Shown here: positions 1-11,623 of the stretch, one piece after another
How positions within the stretch are numbered: position 1 is the stretch's first letter
Layout: the number at the start of each line of letters is the position of its first letter
Origin: Sphaeroforma arctica JP610
Lineage: Eukaryota
Reading direction: 5' to 3'
Assembly (NCBI RefSeq): GCF_001186125.1
Contig: NW_014040386.1
Span: 51,661 to 88,158 of the forward strand
Length of the DNA: 36,498 nt
Program-made: the position numbers and the translations under genes
The notes under the pieces: generated by a model
Seen by the model: the letters and a program-made list of their open reading frames with translations, nothing else
Told to the model about the DNA's origin: nothing
Databases searched by the model: none

Positions 1-423
1 GGACAGGTCCAATACTTCCTTTTCACTCCGGATTTGTGCAGGAGTGTCCTTTAGATGTGGAGTTATAATGTCCCCGACATTCGTATCCACGAATTTTCCA
101 GCCTTTCGACGTTTATCCCCAATATTTGACGGCACGTGGTCAGGGGGCAAGTTGGGGTCCTGAGCTTCACTCCCAGGTGATACACGGACGCTGGCGAGCC
201 TTTCCGCGGCAGTAGATACCTCTTCTTCCAAGGCTTTAGGATCCGACGAGTCATCCTCAGAATTATCCTCTGTACCAACCTCAGAATTGGCTTCCCCAAC
301 AGTTTCCTCGGCAGGCTCAACTCCAAACAGGCTAGGTGTTTCCACAGGGACCTCAGGAACCTCGGCAGGCTTAGCAGGCTTAGAGCTAGCGGCTCCCTTG
401 CCTTTAGAAGTACCCTTAGCCAT
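1..423 (-). pseudogene. 5' end of gag-like ORF of LTR element family D (continues out of the window)
   Basis: ATG at 423 (MAKGTSKGKGAASSKPAKPAEVPEV...), basic/acidic low-complexity start, frameshifted. It lies about 80 bp downstream of the LTR at 503-709, like the gag starts of families A and B. Confidence 0.55.
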
Positions 424-502
424 AGTATTTGCTGGATAGTAAATCGATGTTAGACAGTCTAGAAGCAGTACACTACTGTAACTACTAAATAACTGAAAAA
501 TA

Positions 503-709
503 TGTAAACTTCGATGGAAATTACTAGGTTTCATCTGAAGAAAAGTTAAAAAAAGAAAAAGGCTATTGGAGCCATCAAAGTGAATTTAGAACACTTTGGA
601 AATATTGGAAAAAGAGCTTGTATTAAATTATTTAAAGTACAAATAAAAACCAATGTATTATCTCAATTGATCTTGATATTTTAGACTGACCGGAGGCCGT
701 ATTTCTACA
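503..709 (-). repeat. Internally deleted 5' LTR of family D, inserted into the start of the methyltransferase domain of element B
   Basis: TGTAAAC...TTCTACA termini. Colinear blocks match the 614-bp LTR at 13601-14214 (e.g. gagccatcaaagtgaatttagaacactttggaaatattg). Confidence 0.8.
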
Positions 710-2557
710 CCACCTAGAATTGGTCATCCAATATGTAGCTAGTAACTTCCTAACCATCTTTTTAAAGTCTGGTACGAAGCGAGACAACATGTCGGGTAAG
801 TGATTGTGAATACCCGGTATACGTGTTATGCCGAAAGAAAATTTCGCGATCGTGTCATGCCACTGACTGACTAACTGTGAGTTAGGCTTCATGTCCTTTA
901 GGTGTTGCAATGACTTCTGATCACATAGCACGTTAAAGTGCGTGCCATATAGATAGTCCTTAAAATGAGTGAGTGCAGTAACAATAGCCAAAAGCTCTTA
1001 TTGCACGTTTGGGTAATTGATCTGAGACGAATTCATAGCCCTGCTAAAGAACTGTACATATCTTGGTTTCCCATCAATCATTTGATACAAGACGCCACCG
1101 AGTGCCATGTCGGACGCATCTGTTGCTACCATGAATGGAATAATGCGTCATCACAGTCTTTGGTCCACAGTGCGCCTTGTTTGCCTTTTATGACATCTCA
1201 AATGTCCAAAGGGCTTTAAATAACTTGCCAGGTGTGGTACTCCGTCAGACAAAAAGTTGCCGAATCCGCACATGCTGTTGACATCCTTACCCGTGGTAGA
1301 AGTTCTCCAGTCTAGCAAGTGGTCGACCTTCCCGGGATCGATCATGATTCCATCCCCGGATACTCGGTAACCCAACAGCTGAATCTCGTTACCACCGAAG
1401 TGACGTTTCTTGCTGTTGACCTTAAAGTTGTGCATGTTGAGTCTGCATAGAACCTCTCGCACAACCCTTTCATGCTTCTCTTTGGTTTTGGTGAATACCA
1501 CAATGTCATCAATGTATACTTGTACATTGTCCATGTCCCTAAACAAGTCTTGCATAATTTGTTGAAAGAACGCAGGTAACATGTGTAACCCAAAGGGGGC
1601 ACCTTTAAACGAATATTGCTGACCCTCCCAGGTAAAGGTGAAATACTTCCGGTGTGGTTTGTAGATCTTCATCTGGTGGTAGCCCTGCTTCAGGTTGATA
1701 ATGGAGAGTATCTTAGCTCCCTCCATGCGCCTGAGTAGTTCGTTTATCCTTGGTAAGTGAAAGTTGTGTGTCGGTATCAAAGCGTTAATTGGACTCATAT
1801 CCAAACACACCCGAACTTTCTTCAGCGTCCCGTTAGAGTTGAATTGGTCGACGGCTAAAAGCGCTAGGTTGCGGGAGTCGGCTCGTAGTTGACTGCGATC
1901 ACTCCGTCATCTAATCATGCTTTAACCTGTTCTCGTACGACCTGCTCATGACGCTATGCAATACAGTTACTTGTAGGACACTTAAGCTTCGAGAAATCTA
2001 CTCTCGTCAGGTCTAGACTAACGTATCCGTTATTGAATTTGAACTTAGCCCAGTCAGTGATCTGGATCTTGTCGTTCTCGAAAATCAAGTCCTTGAGTTT
2101 CTCTGTGAAGTGAGGGATCATCTCCTTCACAGTCTTCGAAGGTTTATATATCGGTTTCAACAAGTTATCGTCCGACTGATTCTTCTGTGGTTCAATCTTA
2201 GTAGGTAAGCATGTAATTGTGATACCTAATGACAATAAATCACTCATACCTACTATGAGATCATAGTCTGGTGAAGTGTTACATATGACAACTATAGTAC
2301 GTTGGTCTGTCAATGTAAACCTAAGATCGATTGCTATTTCTCTGCAAGTGATTTCTCTTTCATCAGCCAGTTTCAACATAGTTGGCTCTGACTTACGAGT
2401 TACGTCTGTTATTTTACAGAATCTAGAGGATATACATGAAATTTGCGAGCCCGGATCCAGCAACGCTTTTATTCCATGTCCGTTAACTCGTATATAAGAT
2501 TGCACGCTCGTCTTGAGGTGCGTCCTTTTGTCTTAATGACAATACCCGGTATGTTTG
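710..2557 (-). pseudogene. pol: pol of element B: aspartic protease, reverse transcriptase, RNase H and first motif of the MT domain; frameshifted
   Basis: ORFs 1954-2505 (KALLDPGSQISCIS), 1151-1810 (LPRINELL, GYHQM, APFGL, VYIDDIVV) and 632-991 (THFKDYLYG, CDQKSL, PGIHNHLPDMLSR, LATYWMTNSRW). Confidence 0.92.
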
Positions 2558-5362
2558 TCACTTAACTTCAACTTTTGGTTTCGCCTTGCAAGTATGCTTG
2601 TGGTAACCTCCAGTCCCGGTACAGTCGACACACTTCTCGATAAAGTGCTTACACTTTTATGCGTGCCTTCCATTCCATCCGCCATTCGGCTCATGTTGGG
2701 TCATTCGCCAATTGCAATCAGTCTCACTACAGTTCTTGATCTCCCTATGCCTGGGCTTAGGGTTGGCTGCCGGCGGCCCATTTCTGTTGGTCTGGTTACC
2801 CTTAGGGATGACATTGTTCTTGTGGCTTTCAGAACCATTTGTTTTTTTGATCTTATTGCCACCCTTGTCACCCCCTTTGTATACCTTCTGACCTCCATTA
2901 GCGGACTGAGAGTCTCGACCATTGCCTGATCCCCCGGTAAGATTGCCGCCGACCTTCCTCTGAGCATTAGTGACTATCACCACGGAACTAGGGCGTTTGG
3001 TAAACGTCTGATCCGCTCTCGAGTGAAACTCAGCTCAGGTTAAGTCCGCTAGCTTCATTATGCCGTAGGTAGGTCCTTCGATGGAGATCTCTCGTACCTT
3101 ATCCGGGTAAGATTGATGCATATCAGCGTACAGGATCTCTTGATCTCTCCTATGTAGGTTTGACTAAAAGATTGTCTGCACCCATAGTACACACATGGAT
3201 AGCTTATCAGGTGACATCTCCTGAGTCTGTGCCCGTGACATGTGTGTGTCCAACTCTAATAAGTAATGGGACACCGGCGTTCCTTCTTCCGGTGGTATCA
3301 TGATCGATACAAGCAATTCCGGTCGAGGGTCCGTCGAAAATAAATGGACTATCATCTCACTCTGCTCTTTCCACGTTTTCAGCTTAGTGATCGCTTGTTT
3401 CGCCTTCTCTAACTTGTTGGACTTGTAAGAGGACGGCTTAAAGCTCTACTGCGCTGCTTCGAACCATAGGTTCTTCCGTAGATTGGCTGTAAGCTTAATC
3501 TGTCCAAACTCTTTCAAAGACCTAGATAACAACGCCAGACTGCTAGTATCGATTGGATCCTTTCGGTCCTTTCGATCAGATCTGTATGTCGTTGGTAGTT
3601 TACCTATGTCCTTTACGAACTTCTTGCCTTCCACAGCCTTCTCGGTCTGAATCACTCTTAGTTCTGAATCAATCTTAGTCTGGAAGTGCGTAGCCATTGT
3701 TATATAAAGACTAGCGGCATCAATCCTACCTAGATCCATCGCCTCGAGTGAAGCTGCCTCAGCCTTGTTCATTTGAACAGTGAATTCAACAATTTTCATA
3801 TCACTACTAGAGTGATCTGATCCCTTCTTTTCTAACTGCATCTGACCATGCAGTCAGTTGTCTGCCTCATCCTTTGATCCATCGACCTGTTCAATGTGAA
3901 TGAACGCTTCTGATGGGACAGCATCTTTTGTCGTCGTTGGGATAGTCGCTGGGGGCGAGCTGTCTCCCGATGACAAAGATTTTCTAGCTTCCACCTGGTC
4001 AGGTTTAGGCTCTTCGGTCGGTTTGTCCTTCGGAAATACCTCTGGGGCACTCTGTGGATTTCCTTACGGTGGTGGATTTGGATTAGGCTTCTGTTCAGAT
4101 GCCATTCGCGACAATGCTGTTGCGTCCAATCCAGGAGAAGATTGAGCTTCGGATGACGAAGATTGGATTCTGTTTGCCCCTCCATTGTCTGACAATATCT
4201 CAAACGCCAATATGGCTTGATAGAGTGCCAAATGGCTTGATATCAAGTCGGGAAGGTCTCCAAGAAGATCCCGAATTGCGTACCATATTAAGTGTGCAAT
4301 AATTACATCTCTCCTAGTTCCGAATACCTTCGGTAGTATCTTTTGAAACTGACGGCAATATTTGCGTGCTTGCTTACCTTCGTCAGTTTTCATTGATATT
4401 AGCCAATTGTAATATTTAGAACCCCTAAACAAATCGTACCCAAACTTTCTTACCGCTGCATTCATCACATACCTCGGTGAGATGGTACCTTCCGGGTTGG
4501 TCTTCATTACGTCCGGAAAGTACGTTCCATACGTATTTCGAAACACCCATGCTCGGTTGGCCCGCTGACAGATCAACTCTCGTTGACCCTCTTTTGTATA
4601 TCAATCTGAGTCTAATATGGATGGCTCAGATCAAAGTTCTGTCGCCAAGCCGGTCGGAGTGGTGTTTTGGGTAAACGCAGGAATTGTGAATCCAACCTGG
4701 TGTCTGAATCGTCGTCCTGATGGTGAAGCGTATGGTCCACATTATCCGGACCTATATCCACGAAACGCAGTTGTTCTTCCGTTACGTTGATTTGGAGTTG
4801 ATCCAACAGTGTTTGTGCTATTGGCTCATCTTCCGAGTCATCCTCCCCTGATTCACCATGACTTTGATCCTTCGCTGCGGCTTGCTTTTTCTTCCGCTGC
4901 TTAGTATGTCTCAATTCATGTACCATTGGTTGGTAGTTCTTCAGGAAGGCACTCCTATCTCTTGCTATCATATGATAGGTAGGATTTTACCTACGTGCTG
5001 TGCGCGTGTCCACTGGTGGGGATGATACATCTGATTCCAGTGCATGTCGCACTTCCTCCACAGTTGAATTTTCCGAGAATTGCGTTTTCCCGGCTTTTCC
5101 TTTTCGAGATTTCGCCTTCTTCGCTGGTGGCTTCTGTGGCTCCGTAGTCACATTACCTCCGGATGCACCTACAACCGAGTCAACCAACTTCTTACGTTTC
5201 CGTTTAGTCAGAGTTGGTACCGGTTGTACCGGCGTGATCTCAGTTGCTTCAGCTTCCACTGATGGTGCCGGGGGTGTTTTCTGCTTTTCATCGCCTACAG
5301 TAAACCCTTTCACGTTTGTAGCCTTAGCTACATTTACTGCCTTATTTTTTTACTTTCGTCAT
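2558..5362 (-). pseudogene. gag: Long gag-like ORF of element B (about 935 codons, with stops and frameshifts) ending in a Cys/His cluster
   Basis: ATG at 5362 just after the LTR. Consecutive minus-strand ORF pieces run from 5313 down to 2657. The C-terminus CSETDC..H...C..CVDC.....YHKHTC is homologous to the family A gag end. Confidence 0.7.
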
Positions 5363-5393
5363 AATATCGATAGCGTATATAAACTTAAAAATA

Positions 5394-5848
5394 TGTAAAA
5401 GTCGGTCTCCTCTAGGCTGACTATTCGATACCAAGACGTTTATGTTATTAAGACGATACGTTAATACGTTTAAATGCAAAATGTTAAATAAGTTTAGCTT
5501 CATCCCTTGGTAATGAGCAAAAGATTAGGGGATTTTAGACTGAGATTATTGTCTATATGCTCCGCTCTAACCACTCACTACTTCGGTCTAGATTTATTTA
5601 TGTTTTAGTTACTAAGACTAAATATCATTTCATTCCGTACAATTCTAATTTCAGTGGAAAACCCAATCTATATTTAGAAAACCACCTAGTTGTCCACAGT
5701 AGAGTCCCATACTCTACTGAGTACTGTCACATGTTCAGAATCTTGAATTTCTCATTTCTTGTTCATGTCCAATTCGTTAAACATATTCCAGTATTATAAG
5801 TATAAACGTTATTATGTTTATACGTTTTTAATATACGTTAACTGTGCA
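5394..5848 (-). repeat. 5' LTR of family B
   Basis: Starts TGTAAAAGTCGG at 5394. Positions 5394-5634 match the copy at 28716-28958. The right end near 5848 is inferred only. Confidence 0.75.
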
Positions 5849-5859
5849 ACTACTATTAG

Positions 5860-6590
5860 GAACTCGCTATTTCTACATCGAGCAAATTAACTCCGTGACG
5901 ATTTGCCCACCAAATGCTCATTAAACTTTGTGCCAAAGTGAACAACCTCGAATCCAAACTCCGGGACGTTAAATCCCAAACCTGTGCACCTCTAAATGAT
6001 GGCACACCTAATACCTTCCGATTTGGCTCCACAAGCCCGCCTGCTCCGCTAGTAAAAAGACCGCGGTCAAGGGCGCCCAATAGCAGCAGTGAGCCTCCCA
6101 GCTACTGCTCAAAAATGGGCAAACCCGCAAAACCGAGCCCCATAAAATGATTGACCCCACTAGCTTCACAGCCCCTACTGCAGCCGCCAGTACCCGTACA
6201 CCTTTTGACAAAAGTGATGGGCTACCCGATGCCGGACAAATCTCTCCACAAAATGAATGACATAACTCCGGTATGGCTGTTCTTCCGGGCAACTTTCCCT
6301 AATGACAAGCCCCCATCCCAATAATTATTTGAAAATTACTGGAATGCCCAAACGCACCTCAAATGCCATCACTTTCTTTGGCACCTTCCGTCCAAACTAG
6401 TTTCTCAACCAAATCGCCGCGGAAATTCCACCAGTTTTATCCGCCTTTGTGTTCCTAGTGATGCTGTCGCCCAGGTGAAACGACATGCAACACGTACATG
6501 GAAATAGCAATCTGATGAAACCATCGACCCACGCTCCCAACATTATCCCGACTCTACGAAAGCAGCTTTGATACACTATCACATTATTCT
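5860..6590 (+). pseudogene. Remnant of a LINE ORF1-like region, related to 30441-30880
   Basis: 6520-6582 reads IDPRSQHYPDSTKAALIHY. The minus strand near 30805-30870 reads IDPRSQQHPDATKAALIHY, upstream of an APE ORF2. Confidence 0.5.
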
Positions 6591-7260
6591 AAAACGAGAT
6601 ATTCGTCGAGCGAATTCGATGGAGCAACGCAATGGAGTATTGGCTGTCAGGGATAAAGTAAAATATTTGAAGTTATATGTGTAGTACTACATTCTGCGGT
6701 AAAATACATCAACGCTGTTTTTAACACACATCGCAATCGCGAGCATCCATATTTTACTCACATATAAGCATACCTTTGAAAATTAAGTGAATATTAGAAT
6801 ACACCATACGTATATAGGGGTTCTACACACCACAAAGAACAATTAAATAACTTGTAAATATGACTACCCACAGAGGGTGAGCCGAGCTCAGTAGGCTTCG
6901 CCGTTTTAGACCCGTTCTCCTCGCCACACTTCATAGAAGTAATCACAGTTAAATACGACAGTGGCAGTAGTCCTAAATTAGTATTTAGTATAAGAATGCA
7001 GTACGAATTAACGACATTATAACTATCTAAGTCGTATATTCCAAAATTGACCAATACAATTGAAGATTCTAAAGATAAATATTCATTGGTCCATCAGATA
7101 TGGGGATGTCTGCTATTTGAAAGTCCTCAGTATATTCCGAAATTTCCAGTTTTGACAGAATTCCACAATTCACGTACAAAATACGCATAACAGCGTTTAT
7201 GACCCTGCGGGTGATGAAAAACTATGAATATATTAGAAGAAGAAATTTTTTTTTTTTGAG

Positions 7261-7660
7261 AGGGCACTAAGTCCTTAGTTGTCTACGGATGGCACGAAAA
7301 ACAAATTGCGGATAAACACCTATGTAGTAAAGTAGATGAATGACTCAATCAACTAATCTAGTACTAGGTTGATTGGTTGAGTCATTCACCTACTTTACTA
7401 CAAAACTGGAAGTGTCGCGAGTACTTCAAGTTCGTTCGCACGATCCTTAGACGAAGAAAAGAAAAAAATATTGAAAGGGCACCAAGTTCTTAGTGGTCTA
7501 CAGATGGCACGAAAAACAAATTGCGGATAAACACCTCCGTAGTAAAGTAGATGAATGACTCAACCAACTAATATAGAACTAGGTTGATTGGTTGAGTCAT
7601 TCACCTACTTTACTACAAAACTGGAAGTGTCGCGAGTACTTCAATTTCGTCCGCACGATC
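7261..7660. repeat. Two tandem copies (period 215 bp), each containing a 78-bp near-perfect palindrome (7324-7401, 7539-7616)
   Basis: Arms gtagtaaagtagatgaatgactcaa(t/c)caa and ttggttgagtcattcacctactttactac are reverse complements with 1-2 mismatches. Confidence 0.92.
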
Positions 7661-7991
7661 CGCTCCTGGGAGGACTTCTCTGAACATTTCACGCTGTGAT
7701 CACCACTTCTGAGCGGGTTTCTCTGAACTTTCCGCGCTGGGCAATAGTGCTGGCCTAGTACCATTTGATTGGCACCCAAGACAAATATAAAACTCGCGAC
7801 CTTCCCGGTTTTCTAGTAAATTAGGTAAATGATTTAAATTAGGACATTCACCTTTTTTACTACACCTAGTTGGAACTATACACTGCGTCATAAGTTATTA
7901 CTGTTTGTTTGCAAACTTCGGCGATCTTTTGTCCCGCATCCGGTTCATACATATCTGATACAGCAAAGATATACAGTATCCGATAAGTGGG

Positions 7992-8187
7992 AGGATAACG
8001 AACATAACTTGATAAGAAGTAACTTCATTTAACTCTCTTAGTGAGAGTCTTATAGGGCTCTACCGCTCAGGGCGGGAGCCTCTTTTGCTTTTGACATGGT
8101 GTCAGTATATTGATGACACCGTTCAGTTCACGTACCGAACTATATATATTCTTGAGATAAATATCTGCTAGTTTGATATGGCTAACA
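7992..8187 (-). repeat. Copia 3' LTR (outer 6 bp degraded)
   Basis: Direct repeat of 13009-13204. Preceded on the minus strand by the purine tract at 8188-8195. Confidence 0.9.
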
Positions 8188-8344
8188 CTCCCCTGAAAAC
8201 AGTAGATGTAGAATCAAGAGAATGAAATCTTATGCTAAGTCTCCCCTGGATTGATTCTCGGAGACAGTCTCGGGCTCGGGCGGAACCTCTCGCAATAGCG
8301 TGCGGGTATGTCGCGAGTGTGTAGGACGTGCAGTGTTTTTGGTT

Positions 8345-8752
8345 AAATATTGTTAGGTTATCCGCGGAAGTGACGTATTCGACTCGAATGACCCCGCTTT
8401 CCTGGAGTTCCTTGATATGTTGTACGCGAGCATCGATGTGTTTAAGGTGCTTCGTAGGACCAGTGGATGTAATGGCATGTATCGCTGATTTGTTATCGCA
8501 CTGTAATACGGTAGGGGTCTGCTGAGAGAAGCCGAGTTCCTCGAGAGTATTTCGAAGCCATTGAATATGTTTGGCGGCCTCGGACGCAGCAAAATATTCT
8601 GATTCCACAGACCTAGTAGAGATGGTTTTCTGCCGATGAGACTTCCACGCTACGAGTATGTGGTTGATTCGTAGGATAGAGCCTGTTGTGGAGCGTCTGG
8701 TGTCCGGGCAGGAAGCATAGTCGGCGTCAGAGACAGCATCGGCAATTGGGGG
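8345..8752 (-). pseudogene. Copia RNase H domain
   Basis: Reads SDADYASCPDTRRSTTG, AWKSHRQKTISTRSVESEYFAAS, CDNKSAI, KHIDARVQHIKE and YVTSADNL. Confidence 0.93.
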
Positions 8753-10401
8753 TGTAAGATTCGGTCTGTTAAGGCAATATTGACGTCTTAGAGTAGTTAA
8801 ACGTAATAAAGTCTTCTAAAGATCGAATGAAATTAAAGCAAAATATACATAATTAGTCTTTTAGTAAAGTTAGGTTTGCCTCGTGAAAACAGCAATACTC
8901 TGAAGGATTGTGAGGCTGAGACATTGCCTATATATAATCTTCTCAGTACTGCTTTCGCCGAAGAATTTTATTTGGTGTTTCGTTGTCGCTCTATTAGAAA
9001 CCATGGTATGTTTCGTTGTCGCCCTATTAGAAATTATGGTACGTTTCGTTGGGGCGAATCCGAGAGACTCATAAAATCATATCTTTAGACAAAAAGAAAA
9101 GAAAAAAGAAAAATACTCCTGATGTCCATAGTTATTGCATTAACCAATAACTTGCCACTTATCAAGAATTACCGACTTAGCCTTCATCAGACTGGCACAT
9201 CTGGTTGGCTGAACGGAGGATAAACTAAGCAACGCTAATAGTCCTTAGAAACCTATGTTCGGTTGAGCCATCTTGCTACCGAAGTATTCAGATTTAAATA
9301 GATTTGGAAAGTAAATATAGTTCTATTAATAGAACTAGACCAAATCCTATGTTTTGGTATTTTACTGGGGCCTTTTAATGGCCTTGTCCAAATATCTGAT
9401 CTGTAAAATGGAAAAGGTATTAATTAATAAAACCGTTAAAAACCATTTAGGAAATTTAAGTTCCTCGTACTATTAAGAGTACCTTTATAGTTTACATACT
9501 GCTTAAGAGTACGTTTATAACATAAGAGTCTAATGTGGAGGCCCGGCTATTACACAGCCCCCACCCAGCTTTGAGACCCAGGAGAAGCAAGCTGTTCACT
9601 CAAGCTGATTATGGGTCAAAAAGCGAGAAAGGAAAAAAACGGGTCGAAAACATTTAGTAGCATAACGTATAGTTTTTGTTTCTCAGGCGGAGAAGTTAAG
9701 CGTTCTCGGTTACCCTGTGAGTTTTAGGCTTAGGTCCAGTAGGTCCGTGGTGGTCGACTGGACGTTTCTTACGCTTCAGTGTCTTAAGCACATACGAAAG
9801 GTGAGCATTAAAGCTCGGGATAAATGCTGTAGGCGGGTAAGTTTTAACTTCCGTGCCTTCAGACGATGGAAACATGCTATCTTTTTCAGCTTGTGACTTA
9901 TGCAGGCGTTTACGCCATTTTCGATTAACGGCTTTTAAATAGTCTTGATTATCGAAAGCATATGAAGTCAACTCAGCGATTGTACCGTCTATAAAGCGTG
10001 TATGATAATATGTATAGCCTCCCTTATCCGTTCTCCATATAATGTCTTTAAATTCAGAACGATCAAGAGGGGCATTAGAGTCATGTCTTCTTGCGAGAAT
10101 AATCTCAGTAGTCGGAATCCGACTAGTGCCTATATTTAAAGTACTGGAACCGTCGGGTTTATTAACCTCATAGGTTCCACTTTTAACGTCAGCTACAGAG
10201 ATTATATATGGTCCTATCCATTTAGATGATAATACAGTAGCATCGGAATTACGTTGACGGGTGTAAACTCTGTCTCCAACCTGATACTCTTCTATCTTTT
10301 TGCATAACGTATAGTTATTGTTTCTCAGGCGGAGAAGTTAAGCGTTCTCGGTTACCCTGTGAGTTTTGGGCTTATGTCCAGTAGGTCCGTGGTGGTCAAC
10401 T
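8753..10401 (-). mobile_element. 3' fragment of a family A Gypsy element (integrase C-terminus, PPT, 3' LTR 8753-9554) sitting where the Copia RT should be
   Basis: 8753-9554 is the reverse complement of LTR 21613-22364 / 29616-30345 (TGTAATAGCC...CGAATCTTACA). ORF 9696-9971 is nearly identical to 29217-29476. Confidence 0.92.
9696..10299 (-). pseudogene. Gypsy integrase C-terminus: GPY/F module plus chromodomain-like tail
   Basis: Open frame YQVGDRVY...LSSKWIGPYII...SEFKDIIWRTDKGGYTYYHTRFIDGTIAELTSYAFDNQDYLKAVNRKW. Confidence 0.8.
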
Positions 10402-10859
10402 TTGGCGGGCGCGTTGGCGTGTCATCCGCATGTTATTGGGTAGGTGGGGTTTGTTGAATGTTCCTGTATTCTGGCGGGACTCGAGTAATAATCCACAAAG
10501 TGTACGGGATTTTGGGTGACGCTGAATATGTGGTTGTAATGCGGTGTTGATACTATCTTCCATAGCTGGCGCAGTGTGCGATGGAATTGTTGTGTTGGGC
10601 GTAGGCAGAAGTGGGCGTGGTATGGAGTGTGTTATTGGGGTAGGTAGCAGTGCAGTTGAGAGATCCCGCAGATTATTGTCATTTGTTGTGGCTGGGTTGA
10701 CGATCTCGTCTGTTTGTGTACCAATAGAGGTTGTTGTGGTGATGTGTGTGTTGCTGGCAGGGAACCTATCCGGGTGAAGCGCTAATGTTAATTCCTGAAT
10801 GGTGGGTATGTCAGTGACAGCAGTATCAAAGTGTGGAACTGGGGTGTTGCCTACCATAG

Positions 10860-11615
10860 TCCATTTTGGAAAGACGTGGTAATTGAATTTAACATCACGA
10901 GAGTGACATATTTCACCCGTCTTTAGGTTGAGGATCCGGCATTCGTCATAGTATTTGGACTGGCGGTCGTGGCCTAAGTATACACTGATATTGGCGCGGT
11001 CGTCCAGTTTGCCGTCGCGTGACTAATTGATGAACGCAACTTGACAACCGAAAGGGTGTATGTGCTTGATTCGTTCAGTGAGTTCGAATCCCCAGAAAAC
11101 TTCCAATGAAGACTTTTGATCCTTGTTGATTTTGTTGTTGTGTACAGATTTCTTCAATGCTGCAAACTGAATGGCCTCGCCCCACATGTTGTCCGGCATG
11201 TTAGCTTGTTTCATGTCGCTGAGCATGATATCATGAAGTACGCCGATAGCACGCGTGGAGTGCAGGGGTGGCTGTGGGAACGTGTAGTATCTGAATATGT
11301 TCCTGGGTATTGACTTTGTTGAATGCTTGGGAAACGAATTCACCACCTCGATCACATTTAAGCTCGCGTAGTGTAGCGAGGATTGTCGTTGTCAATCTCT
11401 GTATAGAATTGGTCAAGTACACCGGTGGCGTCATCTTTGTGTTTGAAGTTATAGACCAACGTGTAGCCGCTGTTGGCATCCACAAATTTGATATCACAGG
11501 TGTAGCCGCTGGGGGTGATGGGCAGGCCGGTGTGGCGATCTGCATGGAAGACCGTACCTACAGGTGGGAGTGTGTCATTGTCCTTGCTGGTGTGCCGGAC
11601 TGTTCGTCGTCGCAT
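10860..11615 (-). pseudogene. Copia integrase core and SH3-like C-terminal part, frameshifted
   Basis: Reads VFHAD, FVDANSGYTLVY, CDRGGEFVS, MWGEAIQFA, HPFGCQV, GKLDDRA..VYLG and SRDVKF. Confidence 0.9.
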
Positions 11616-11623
11616 TTTTCCTT

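Larger units (their letters stand above)
710..5848 (-). mobile_element. Ty3/Gypsy-type LTR retrotransposon, family B (5' LTR-gag-PR-RT-RH-start of MT), cut at 710 by the family D insertion
   Basis: LTR end at 5394, long gag, protease ALLDPGS, RT YIDD, RNase H CDQKSL / HIPG-type N.LPDMLSR. Closely paralogous to family A pol. The right boundary is approximate. Confidence 0.9.

Noticed and set aside
2276..5398. Plus-strand ORFs over element B (e.g. 2555-2929, 5000-5398)
   Set aside because: They are antisense shadows of gag/pol with no motifs of their own.
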